DNA from: Clostridia bacterium
GTDB lineage: Bacteria > Bacillota > Clostridia > Christensenellales > Borkfalkiaceae
Assembly (NCBI GenBank): GCA_017453045.1
Contig: JAFTKX010000047.1
Coordinates: 7,357-39,356 of the forward strand
Direction: 5' to 3'
Length of the DNA: 32,000 nucleotides
The translations under genes and the position numbers were made by a program. Below, in pieces: positions 1 through 6,699 of the stretch (positions within the stretch are counted from its first letter, which is position 1; each line of letters opens with the position of its first letter). The notes below the pieces were generated by a model that was given only the letters and a program-made list of their open reading frames with translations, did not search any database and was not told where the DNA came from.

Positions 1-192
1 GAATTTAAACGCCAAACACTCTTTATTTACATTGGCAAAAGCAAACTCTCCCACATTTTTTGGATGAGAAAACCAAACCAAGCAAGAATGTTCATAAACC
101 TTAACAACAGTACCGCCATAACCTTTAAATATTCCTTTTTTGCTTAAATCGTCTACGTCTTCAATTAGTTCAATTTCATCCCAAAGTTCCAT
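1..192 (-). CDS. small DUF4926-like protein (putative immunity/antitoxin partner). N-terminal 64 codons are present; the gene runs off the left edge
   Basis: ATG at 190-192 lies 1 nt after the stop of the upstream ORF (TAAGATG on minus strand). Translation MELWDEIELIEDVDDLSKKGIFKGYGGTVVKVYEHSCLVWFSHPKNVGEFAFANVNKECLAFKF stays open to the window edge. The DUF4926 resemblance is from memory. Confidence 0.5.
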   Translation of the reverse strand, partial: MELWDEIELIEDVDDLSKKGIFKGYGGTVVKVYEHSCLVWFSHPKNVGEFAFANVNKECLAFKF

Positions 193-193
193 C

Positions 194-784
194 TTAACCT
201 CCAAGTGGCGTATTACAAGTTATTAGACCTAAAGGATGAATCATCCATCCTGAAACAAATTCAACTTGTCTTTCATTTTTACTAGTTATAATAACGGTAA
301 TATTTATTCGTTGTCCATACCTGTCTAATTTGCCAAGCGTATAGTCGCCTGATTCGTATTTACGTTTCGCCTGTAATTCAAACTCTCGTTTTAGAAACCC
401 AGTATCTGATTTTTCAAAACCTAAAGTTTTAAAAAGTTGGATTTTACCGTTATCCTTATATTTGTCAGAAAATACATAATTTTCAAATTTGCGTATATCA
501 CAAAGTGCGGAAAGTTTAGGTTTTACTCTTTTAATTAGATAACAATGGCAGTTTTTGTGTAAAAGACCTTTACCATCATCCTTTTTCTTCGGCAATAGCG
601 TTTTAACAAAATAACATCCAGACAAAGCGGTACATTCTTCACAATGTCTAAGTTCTGCTAATCTAGCGCGTATTCTATTTCGTCTTTCACTCTCTTCATC
701 GGGAACGTTATTGTGCTTCCACTCTACCCAACTATTATCTACTATTTCTCCGTTTTTGTAAACAAAATTTTCAAATAAACTCAT
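194..784 (-). CDS. MuF-motif (phage minor-head-protein-like Cys motif) + DUF6883-like C-terminal domain protein; putative toxin component
   Basis: 196-aa ORF. HCEECTALSGCYF...LLHKNCHCYL matches the C-x2-C...H-x-N-C-x-C signature of the Phage_Mu_F/SPP1 gp7 domain. The C-terminal ~95 aa (KFENYVFS...GKIQLFKTLGF...YGQRINITVIITS...VSGWMI...LITCNTP) resembles DUF6883. It is tightly coupled to the downstream small ORF. Confidence 0.5.
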   Translation of the reverse strand: MSLFENFVYKNGEIVDNSWVEWKHNNVPDEESERRNRIRARLAELRHCEECTALSGCYFVKTLLPKKKDDGKGLLHKNCHCYLIKRVKPKLSALCDIRKFENYVFSDKYKDNGKIQLFKTLGFEKSDTGFLKREFELQAKRKYESGDYTLGKLDRYGQRINITVIITSKNERQVEFVSGWMIHPLGLITCNTPLGG

Positions 785-820
785 TTTACCCCCTTATGTT
801 TTTATTTTAGGCGCAATTTG

Positions 821-848
821 AGTGTAACATAGAATTTTCAAAAGTCAA
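821..848 (-). promoter_or_regulatory. candidate sigma-A promoter for the 194-784 operon
   Basis: Minus strand reads TTGACT (843-848), a 16-nt spacer, then TGtTACACT (821-826 with upstream TG), ~35 nt upstream of the ATG. Confidence 0.35.
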
Positions 849-940
849 TACTGCCCATACAAAGAATTTTTATAAATTTTAAAATAGTCGCTACCTTTGG
901 GCTTCATCACATTATTTTATTGCGTTCATAAACACAAAAA

Positions 941-988
941 GTAAAACCCAAACCGAAAAATCGGTTTGGGTTTTACTTGGCGGAGCGT
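941..988 (-). repeat. copy of the tRNA-Ser 3' tip (CTCCGCCAAG) plus terminator hairpin; att-like island boundary that also serves as terminator of the 1002-1946 gene
   Basis: 977-985 TTGGCGGAG equals 5458-5466. Hairpin 941-976 shares the inner stem/loop CCAAACCGAAAAATCGGTTTGG with hairpin 5421-5458. Four outer-stem differences are all compensated on the opposite arm. Confidence 0.6.
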
Positions 989-1001
989 GTGAAACGTAAA
1001 A

Positions 1002-1946
1002 CTACTCACAAGACATTGCTATTTTGATTTGTTTTGCTATTCTATATACAACAGGAACAACAACACTATTACCACATTGTTTGTATGCACTATTTAAGGA
1101 TATTCCCTTGAAAGTAAATTCTTTTGGAAAACCCATTAAAGCCAAACACTCTAAAGGTGTTATTTTTCTTATACCATAATCATCTACAACAACGGGAACT
1201 CTATCGGGAAATGTTCCCATATTTGCGGTAAGCGTTGGACAAATGAAATATTTATGATTTGTTACACCATTATCTCTAATTTTATATAAGGCATTTTTGT
1301 CGGTTAATATGCGTTGTAATTCTTCAAAATAAAAAGAATTTGCACTATAATAATAAATATTGTCGTGTTTAGTAGTCCTATCTAAAATATCATTTAATTT
1401 TTTTGAGCAAGGTATTTCATCAGGGAATACAAAGGAATTGCAAATTTTATAATCTAAAAAAGCAACAATAAATATTCGTTTGCGTTTTTGAGGGATATTT
1501 CCGAACTCGTAAGAATCCATTACTTTATATTTAACACAATAGCCAAACTGCGCCAACACATTGTAAATTACGAGAAATGTTTTGCCATTGTCGTGGTCTA
1601 TTAAATTAGCAACATTTTCTAAAAAAACAACAGGGGGACGTTTTTTGTCTAAAACTCGTGCAATTTCAAAAAACAAATTTCCTCTTTTATCGTTAAAACC
1701 TTTTTGTTTCCCCCCAATAGAAAAGGGTTGACAAGGAAACCCTGCAACTAGCACGTCAAAATCAGGTATGCTATCTATATTAACATTTCTAATATCGCCC
1801 TCTATTAGATTACAGTTAGGAAAGTTTGTTTTATATGTTTTTATTGCGTCAATGTCGCACTCGTTAGCACATACAATATCAAACCCTGCTTGCTGAAAAG
1901 CAAGGTCAATTCCACCTATTCCACTAAATAAACTACATACTTTCAT
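1002..1946 (-). CDS. DNA (cytosine-5)-methyltransferase
   Basis: 314 aa with ordered m5C-MTase motifs: FSGIGG (I), GFPCQPFS (IV), FLENV (VI), QKRKRIFIV (VIII), QCGNSV (X). Confidence 0.95.
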   Translation of the reverse strand: MKVCSLFSGIGGIDLAFQQAGFDIVCANECDIDAIKTYKTNFPNCNLIEGDIRNVNIDSIPDFDVLVAGFPCQPFSIGGKQKGFNDKRGNLFFEIARVLDKKRPPVVFLENVANLIDHDNGKTFLVIYNVLAQFGYCVKYKVMDSYEFGNIPQKRKRIFIVAFLDYKICNSFVFPDEIPCSKKLNDILDRTTKHDNIYYYSANSFYFEELQRILTDKNALYKIRDNGVTNHKYFICPTLTANMGTFPDRVPVVVDDYGIRKITPLECLALMGFPKEFTFKGISLNSAYKQCGNSVVVPVVYRIAKQIKIAMSCE

Positions 1947-2027
1947 ATATACCTCTACCTTATTATAACATTTTTTAATATTGTAATCAATTAAATACGG
2001 CTTGCCCTATAAATCGGGTTGCTTTTT

Positions 2028-2055
2028 TTGGAACATTATGCTATCATATTATAAA
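2028..2055 (+). promoter_or_regulatory. candidate sigma-A promoter of the second methyltransferase
   Basis: TTGGAA (2028-2033), 16-nt spacer, TATAAA (2050-2055), ~30 nt upstream of the ATG at 2087. Confidence 0.35.
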
Positions 2056-2056
2056 A

Positions 2057-2072
2057 TTGCGGCGCGCCGCAA
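2057..2072. promoter_or_regulatory. perfect 16-bp GC-rich palindrome TTGCGGCGCGCCGCAA between the -10 and the RBS of the 2087 gene (operator or 5' stem-loop)
   Basis: Read directly. It is the only GC-rich block in an AT-rich divergent intergenic region and ends 3 nt before AGGAG (2076-2080). Confidence 0.4.
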
Positions 2073-2086
2073 AATAGGAGAATAAA

Positions 2087-3067
2087 ATGAACATTTATAA
2101 TATTAACAATTTTACGTGCGCTTCTTTTTTTGCAGGGGTTGGTGGAATTGATTTAGGCTTTGAGTTAAACGGTTTCAAAACAATATATGCAAACGAGTTT
2201 GATATACAACCCAAGATTACTTTTGAAGAAAACTTCGATACCCCCGTTGATTGTAGGGATATTAACATTGTTACAAATAGAGAAATACCTAACTTTAATA
2301 TAATGCTTGCAGGTTTTCCGTGTCAGGCTTTTTCGGTTGCAGGTTATAGACAGGGATTTGATGACGAAAAAGGTAGAGGTGTTTTATTCTTTCAATTAGC
2401 ACGAATATTCAAAGAGAAAAAACCCGAAGTAATATTTCTTGAAAATGTTAAAAATTTAGTTGCTCACGACAATGGGAAAACGTTTAGAATAATAATTGAG
2501 GCATTAGAAAGCGAGGGGTATTTTGTAAAATATCAAGTTCTAAACACTATGGAATACGGCAATATTCCACACAATAGAGAAAGAATATATATTGTAGGTT
2601 TCTTAGATAAAAACGCATACAAAGAATTTGATTTTCCTAAACCAATTCAATTAACAACAAAGTTATCCGATTTAATTGATTACGAAAGTAGAGTTGAAGA
2701 TAAATATTATTACACAAAAGAGAACTTTCAACACTATGATGAACTTGAAAAAAATATGACACGTATGGATACGGTTTATCAATGGCGAAGAGTATATGTA
2801 AGAGAAAATCAAAGTAATGTTTGTCCTACATTAACGGCTAATATGGGAACAGGCGGACACAATGTTCCTTTAGTTTTAACAAAACACGGAATTAGAAAAT
2901 TGACACCTAGAGAATGTTTCCTTTTGCAAGGATTTCCAACGACATTTAAGTTGCCAAAAAACTTGGCTAATGCTCACTTATATAAACAAGCAGGAAATTC
3001 AGTTTCAGTAACAGTAATTCAACGTATCGCAGAAAAAATAAAAGAGGCATTAGTTAATGCAAAATAA
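2087..3067 (+). CDS. DNA (cytosine-5)-methyltransferase, paralogue of 1002-1946
   Basis: 326 aa with FAGVGG, GFPCQAFS, FLENV, HNRERIYIV, QAGNSV. It is collinear with the other MTase, including CPTLTANMGT in the variable region. Confidence 0.95.
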   Translation: MNIYNINNFTCASFFAGVGGIDLGFELNGFKTIYANEFDIQPKITFEENFDTPVDCRDINIVTNREIPNFNIMLAGFPCQAFSVAGYRQGFDDEKGRGVLFFQLARIFKEKKPEVIFLENVKNLVAHDNGKTFRIIIEALESEGYFVKYQVLNTMEYGNIPHNRERIYIVGFLDKNAYKEFDFPKPIQLTTKLSDLIDYESRVEDKYYYTKENFQHYDELEKNMTRMDTVYQWRRVYVRENQSNVCPTLTANMGTGGHNVPLVLTKHGIRKLTPRECFLLQGFPTTFKLPKNLANAHLYKQAGNSVSVTVIQRIAEKIKEALVNAK

Positions 3068-3071
3068 TATT

Positions 3072-3099
3072 AAAAGAGACGGTTATTTCCGTCTCTTTT
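3072..3099. terminator. bidirectional hairpin terminator between the convergent MTase and nuclease genes
   Basis: AAAAGAGACGG-ttattt-CCGTCTCTTTT: an 11-bp perfect stem with A/T runs on both sides. Confidence 0.7.
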
Positions 3100-3102
3100 A
3101 AG

Positions 3103-3651
3103 TTATTCCGCTAAATTTATCTTCTTTACAGGTTGTAAGCCTTTCGCCTCAATAATAGATTTCTTTATAGAAAACCTTGGTCTACGTCCTTGTTTTTGTT
3201 GGTCTGCAAAAGTTTCACCTTTTTTACTATTTAAAACTAAATTATATACGTCCTCAGACTCTATTTTGTAAAACCATATTTCGCCGTCAATTATTCCATT
3301 TGGCACAAAATCAGCAAAATACAATAAATCCCAAGTTGACGTAGGACCAAAAGAAGTGCAATCATTTGGTATTGAGGCGGATTTAACTTGAACACCTTCG
3401 CCTGTGTCTTTCATCACACAGTCATAAGAATGAGCCGTAGCGTTTGTTCTAACCGCACCAAAAGCAATACAAAAAACTGCCTCGCTAAAAACGTCAGGAA
3501 CATTTAAGTTTCTTCCGCCCAATGCTTTCAAGTCTGCATTTATGTTTAACCATTTTTGAAATATCTTTTTTAATTGCTCAAAATCTTGAGAATCAAATTC
3601 ATCGCCATAAACCTTTGTTCCGTCTTTTAATTGAACAAGAATTTTTTTCAT
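3103..3651 (-). CDS. small type II restriction endonuclease-like protein (Bsp6I-like family) or small subunit of a two-subunit REase
   Basis: 182 aa. D77-x10-Q88-V-K90 is a candidate PD-(D/E)xK-type site. GRNLNVPDVFSEAVFC and TSFGPTSTWDLLYFADF motifs match what I recall of the RE_Bsp6I family. It is the last gene of the C-R operon, 14 nt after the 365-aa ORF. Confidence 0.6.
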   Translation of the reverse strand: MKKILVQLKDGTKVYGDEFDSQDFEQLKKIFQKWLNINADLKALGGRNLNVPDVFSEAVFCIAFGAVRTNATAHSYDCVMKDTGEGVQVKSASIPNDCTSFGPTSTWDLLYFADFVPNGIIDGEIWFYKIESEDVYNLVLNSKKGETFADQQKQGRRPRFSIKKSIIEAKGLQPVKKINLAE

Positions 3652-3665
3652 TAGTTTTTTCTCCT

Positions 3666-4763
3666 TTATTTTTCTTCTATGATGATATTAGATAATATTT
3701 CTTTTAATTCTACTTCTTTGTTTGGAATTATTTCAACCAACTCTTTTTGTAAAAAATACTCTCCCGAAGTAGAACCCTCTCTATTAAGTTCGGTAAATTT
3801 AATTTGATAAACACAATCTGCTTTTAATAAGGTAGTGTTAAATTTACAATCCCTTATGGTTTTTATGTAAACACTATTTTTATTTCTCTTGATACAATAA
3901 ATAGCACTAATATCACTACAATAAAAATCTAAATATTGTTTTTTTGTGTCAGAACACCAATTACTGTTAAATCCATATACACTATTTTCTTTTTCATTGC
4001 AAAAACTAATAAAACTTGTTTCTTCTGTTTGAGATAAACGACGTTGAATAGGCTCACTTATAGAATCAATTCTTATAGGACTAATTCCAGCGTCACAGTA
4101 ATTGGCAAGTTTAGTAAATAAACTTGTTTCAGTTACACAAAGTAAATCGATACTTCCTAAATCATCTCGTGTGTTATCTACTTTTTTTAAGTGATTTATA
4201 TATTCGTTTTTGTTTTTTATAAAAACGTCATCGTTCATTGTCATACTATCGTATACTTCGTTTGAGAAAAAAGACTTATCAAAGAAAGGTAATAAATAAT
4301 CTGTTCTGAAATTTGTATCAACAAATACTAAGTATTTTCCGTCATAACCTTGATTTCGTAGGGACACCATTTTTTGAGAAGATTTGAAAGTTTTTACTTC
4401 AATTTGAGGTTTTCCTTTAACTTCTTTCCATTTACCATCATAAATAACGAAAGGAACAACCGTATTGTTTATTTTTAGACCGATTACGTCAGGCGCAATG
4501 CCTGTTGTTTCTTGTCTTGGATTGTATTTATAAAAATCAATTATAACTTCAACATTTTTGCCGTGAGAAATATCTTTTAATAAACATTTATTAAAAATTA
4601 CACTTTCAGGAATTTGGTTTATCCATCTATCAAAAATTCCACCAATAAAATCACTTTTTCCCGCTAAACCACCATACATACCTTTTTCGCCTGCATTTTG
4701 AACCATTTCGGCAATAAAATAAATGTTTTTGGTTACATCGTTTTTTTCAACAGTAATACTCAT
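3666..4763 (-). CDS. PD-(D/E)xK nuclease; putative restriction endonuclease (large subunit or independent REase)
   Basis: 365 aa with a classical P91-D92 ... E122-V123-K124 motif in the N-terminal third. The C-terminal ~200 aa has no recognisable motif (presumed specificity domain). It starts 14 nt after the C-protein gene. Confidence 0.6.
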   Translation of the reverse strand: MSITVEKNDVTKNIYFIAEMVQNAGEKGMYGGLAGKSDFIGGIFDRWINQIPESVIFNKCLLKDISHGKNVEVIIDFYKYNPRQETTGIAPDVIGLKINNTVVPFVIYDGKWKEVKGKPQIEVKTFKSSQKMVSLRNQGYDGKYLVFVDTNFRTDYLLPFFDKSFFSNEVYDSMTMNDDVFIKNKNEYINHLKKVDNTRDDLGSIDLLCVTETSLFTKLANYCDAGISPIRIDSISEPIQRRLSQTEETSFISFCNEKENSVYGFNSNWCSDTKKQYLDFYCSDISAIYCIKRNKNSVYIKTIRDCKFNTTLLKADCVYQIKFTELNREGSTSGEYFLQKELVEIIPNKEVELKEILSNIIIEEK

Positions 4764-4777
4764 ATATTTTCTCTCTA

Positions 4778-4981
4778 TTAAAAATTAAAAAATTCACTTA
4801 AAGAAACTTCAAGTGCTATTACAATTTTTTCTAACGTAACTATCGAAATATTACGTTTGCCAACTTCAAGACTTGCAATATATGTTCTATGTATTTCTGC
4901 CTTATCTGCCAATTCTTCTTGACTGATACCTAATTTATGACGTAATTCTTTAATTCTTTTTCCAACTTTTTCTCTAATCAT
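4778..4981 (-). CDS. XRE-family HTH controller (C) protein of the R-M system
   Basis: 67 aa. LGISQEELADKAEIHRTYIASLEVGKRNISIVTLEKIVIAL is the typical C-protein HTH signature. It is the first gene of the nuclease operon. Confidence 0.8.
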   Translation of the reverse strand: MIREKVGKRIKELRHKLGISQEELADKAEIHRTYIASLEVGKRNISIVTLEKIVIALEVSLSEFFNF

Positions 4982-5009
4982 AAAAATGCTCCTCGATTTT
5001 TCACATAAT

Positions 5010-5055
5010 ATTATATAATTTTGTTACTTATTTCTCAACACTCAATGAGTAACAA
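5010..5055 (-). promoter_or_regulatory. candidate C-protein promoter with overlapping C-box-like inverted repeats
   Basis: Minus strand reads TTGAGA (5033-5038), 17 nt, TATAAT (5010-5015). Inverted repeat TTGTTACT (5021-5028) / AGTAACAA (5048-5055) plus inner palindrome ACTCAaTGAGT (5040-5050) span the -35. Confidence 0.45.
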
Positions 5056-5166
5056 TAAGGGTTTATGGATTAAAAAATAAAATATTTTGGCACTAATGCG
5101 TGCGCTTGTCTTGACACAAATCAATGGAATTTTAAAAAACCTAAGAAAAGGACTTTATGATAGAAA

Positions 5167-5226
5167 AATAACCTAACCCAGAACTAAATTCGGATTAGGT
5201 TATTGATAGCGGAGAGGACGAGATTT
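5167..5226 (-). repeat. second displaced tRNA-Ser 3' fragment (18 nt, 17/18 identical) followed (on the minus strand) by its own hairpin
   Basis: 5209-5226 GCGGAGAGGACGAGATTT versus 5461-5478 GCGGAGAAGACGAGATTT. The adjacent hairpin ATAACCTAACCC...GGATTAGGTTAT lies at ~5169-5204. Confidence 0.55.
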
Positions 5227-5420
5227 TCCTCTTGTATTTTTGCAACCGTTCTTCTTTATTTTTTCTTTTCGGTTGCAAAAATCCTTCGGTCATCGCTAAA
5301 AACGATTATCAATCATTTTTTCGGTTTGTTCCCTTTGATTTAAACTGTCAATTTTGAGCAAGTTTTTACTTGGATGCAACGTCACGTTGCAAATCTCGCC
5401 ATAATCTTTTCTACAACAAA

Positions 5421-5458
5421 AGCACAGTCCAAACCGAAAAATCGGTTTGGACTGTGCT
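5421..5458 (-). terminator. tRNA-Ser terminator hairpin
   Basis: 16-bp perfect stem AGCACAGTCCAAACCG-aaaaat-CGGTTTGGACTGTGCT immediately 3' of the tRNA CCA end, followed on the minus strand by TTTGTTG. Confidence 0.7.
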
Positions 5459-5549
5459 TGGCGGAGAAGACGAGATTTGAACTCGTGCCACGATCACTCA
5501 TGCTACTCCCTTAGCAGGGGAGCCCCTTCGGCCTCTTGGGTACTTCTCC
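5459..5549 (-). tRNA. tRNA-Ser (anticodon GCT), class II with long variable arm and encoded CCA
   Basis: The reverse complement folds by hand: GGAGAAG-TA-CCC-AAGAGGCCGAA-GGG-G-CTCCC-CTGCTAA-GGGAG-(19-nt variable arm)-ACGAG-TTCAAAT-CTCGT-CTTCTCC-G-CCA. Confidence 0.93.
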
Positions 5550-5704
5550 AAAAATATTTACTTTTCGCTTTTAGCCTAAACATAATAACACAAATTTTTA
5601 TTTCGGTCAACGATTTTTAAGTGTTTTTCACTTTTTATTTTTTGAATCGCTTTCTTTATTCGTCGCGCAACTAAAGTCGGGGAGAAAACTCCCCGCTTTT
5701 GCTC

Positions 5705-6298
5705 TTATATTTCTTTTCTATCTAATATCGCGCGCGATAAAGTTATTTCGTCGGCGTATTCAAGTTCGCTACCGATAGGAATACCATGCGCAAGCCTTGA
5801 TACTTTTATCCCCAAAGGTTTGATAAGCGAAGAAATATACATTGCCGTCGCTTCCCCTTCGACGTCGGGGTTTGTCGCCATAATAATTTCTTTTATGCCA
5901 CCTTGCGCTATCCTTGCCAAAAGTTCTTTAATTTTTATATCGTTTGGCGTAACGCCTTCCATAGGACTTATCGTTCCGTGTAAAACGTGGTATACCCCTT
6001 TAAACTCGTGCGCTTTTTCCATCGCAAGAACGTCCTTCGGCTCTTTGACTACGCAAATTACCGAAGCGTCTCTCGTGGAACAAATATCGCAGACGTCCTT
6101 ATCCGTAAAGTTACCGCAAATCGAACAATATTTAACTTCGTTTTTTGCTCTTATAATGCTTTCGGCAAACTCTTTTACTTCATCTTCGGACATGTTGATA
6201 ATTTTGTACGCGTACCTTTGCGCAGTCTTCGTTCCAACGCCCGGAAGTTTAGTAAATTGATTGATAAGTCTGCCTATAGGTTCAATAAACGCGCTCAT
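5705..6298 (-). CDS. recR: recombination protein RecR
   Basis: 197 aa with an N-terminal HhH ([11 protein letters not shown]), a C4 zinc finger (CSICGN...CDIC) and a Toprim region ([12 protein letters not shown]). Confidence 0.97.
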   Translation of the reverse strand: MSAFIEPIGRLINQFTKLPGVGTKTAQRYAYKIINMSEDEVKEFAESIIRAKNEVKYCSICGNFTDKDVCDICSTRDASVICVVKEPKDVLAMEKAHEFKGVYHVLHGTISPMEGVTPNDIKIKELLARIAQGGIKEIIMATNPDVEGEATAMYISSLIKPLGIKVSRLAHGIPIGSELEYADEITLSRAILDRKEI

Positions 6299-6301
6299 CT
6301 C

Positions 6302-6643
6302 TTAGAAAAGTCCTGCTCCGCCGAACTTGCCCATCTTTTCTTCATACAACTCGTCGGCTTCTTCGTAAGCGCTGTTAAGCGCTGCAATTATGAGGTCTTC
6401 AAGCATTTCGATATCGTCTACGTCAACCGCTTCGGGTTTGATAGTAATTGACTGAACTACCTTTTTACCGTTTACGACTACTTGAACAAGACCGCCGCCA
6501 CTTTCGCCAACGATTTCCGCTTCTTCAAGTTCTTCTTGAGCCTGCGCCATTTGTTCTTGCATTTTTTGCGCTTGTTTCATAAGTTGTTGCATTTGCGCTC
6601 CGCCACCGAAACCTCCGCCGAAGCCACCTCTGTATCCTGCCAT
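6302..6643 (-). CDS. ybaB: YbaB/EbfC family nucleoid-associated protein
   Basis: 113 aa. Gly-rich N-terminus followed by [15 protein letters not shown]. It sits in the conserved position between dnaX and recR. Confidence 0.95.
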   Translation of the reverse strand: MAGYRGGFGGGFGGGAQMQQLMKQAQKMQEQMAQAQEELEEAEIVGESGGGLVQVVVNGKKVVQSITIKPEAVDVDDIEMLEDLIIAALNSAYEEADELYEEKMGKFGGAGLF

Positions 6644-6699
6644 AATTTTATCTCCTTATTTTATACTTTTATTTTTAATCAAAAAGTCATTTACAATAA

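Larger units (their letters stand above)
1..5458. mobile_element. tRNA-Ser-associated genomic island(s). The R-M module is ~986-5458. The left part (1-940) may be a second island or flank. No integrase in window
   Basis: Abuts the 3' end of tRNA-Ser(GCT) at 5459. Copies of the tRNA 3' tip plus a hairpin lie at 941-988 and 5167-5226. Composition is clearly AT-richer and CpG-poorer than DNA right of 5460. Cargo is defence/toxin type. Confidence 0.45.

Noticed and set aside
1-5458. Search for an integrase, transposase or IS element that would explain island mobility
   Set aside because: No ORF in the window shows recombinase motifs (no R..H..R..Y tyrosine-recombinase pattern, DDE or serine-recombinase signatures), and I saw no terminal inverted repeats. 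Mobility genes, if any, lie outside the window.
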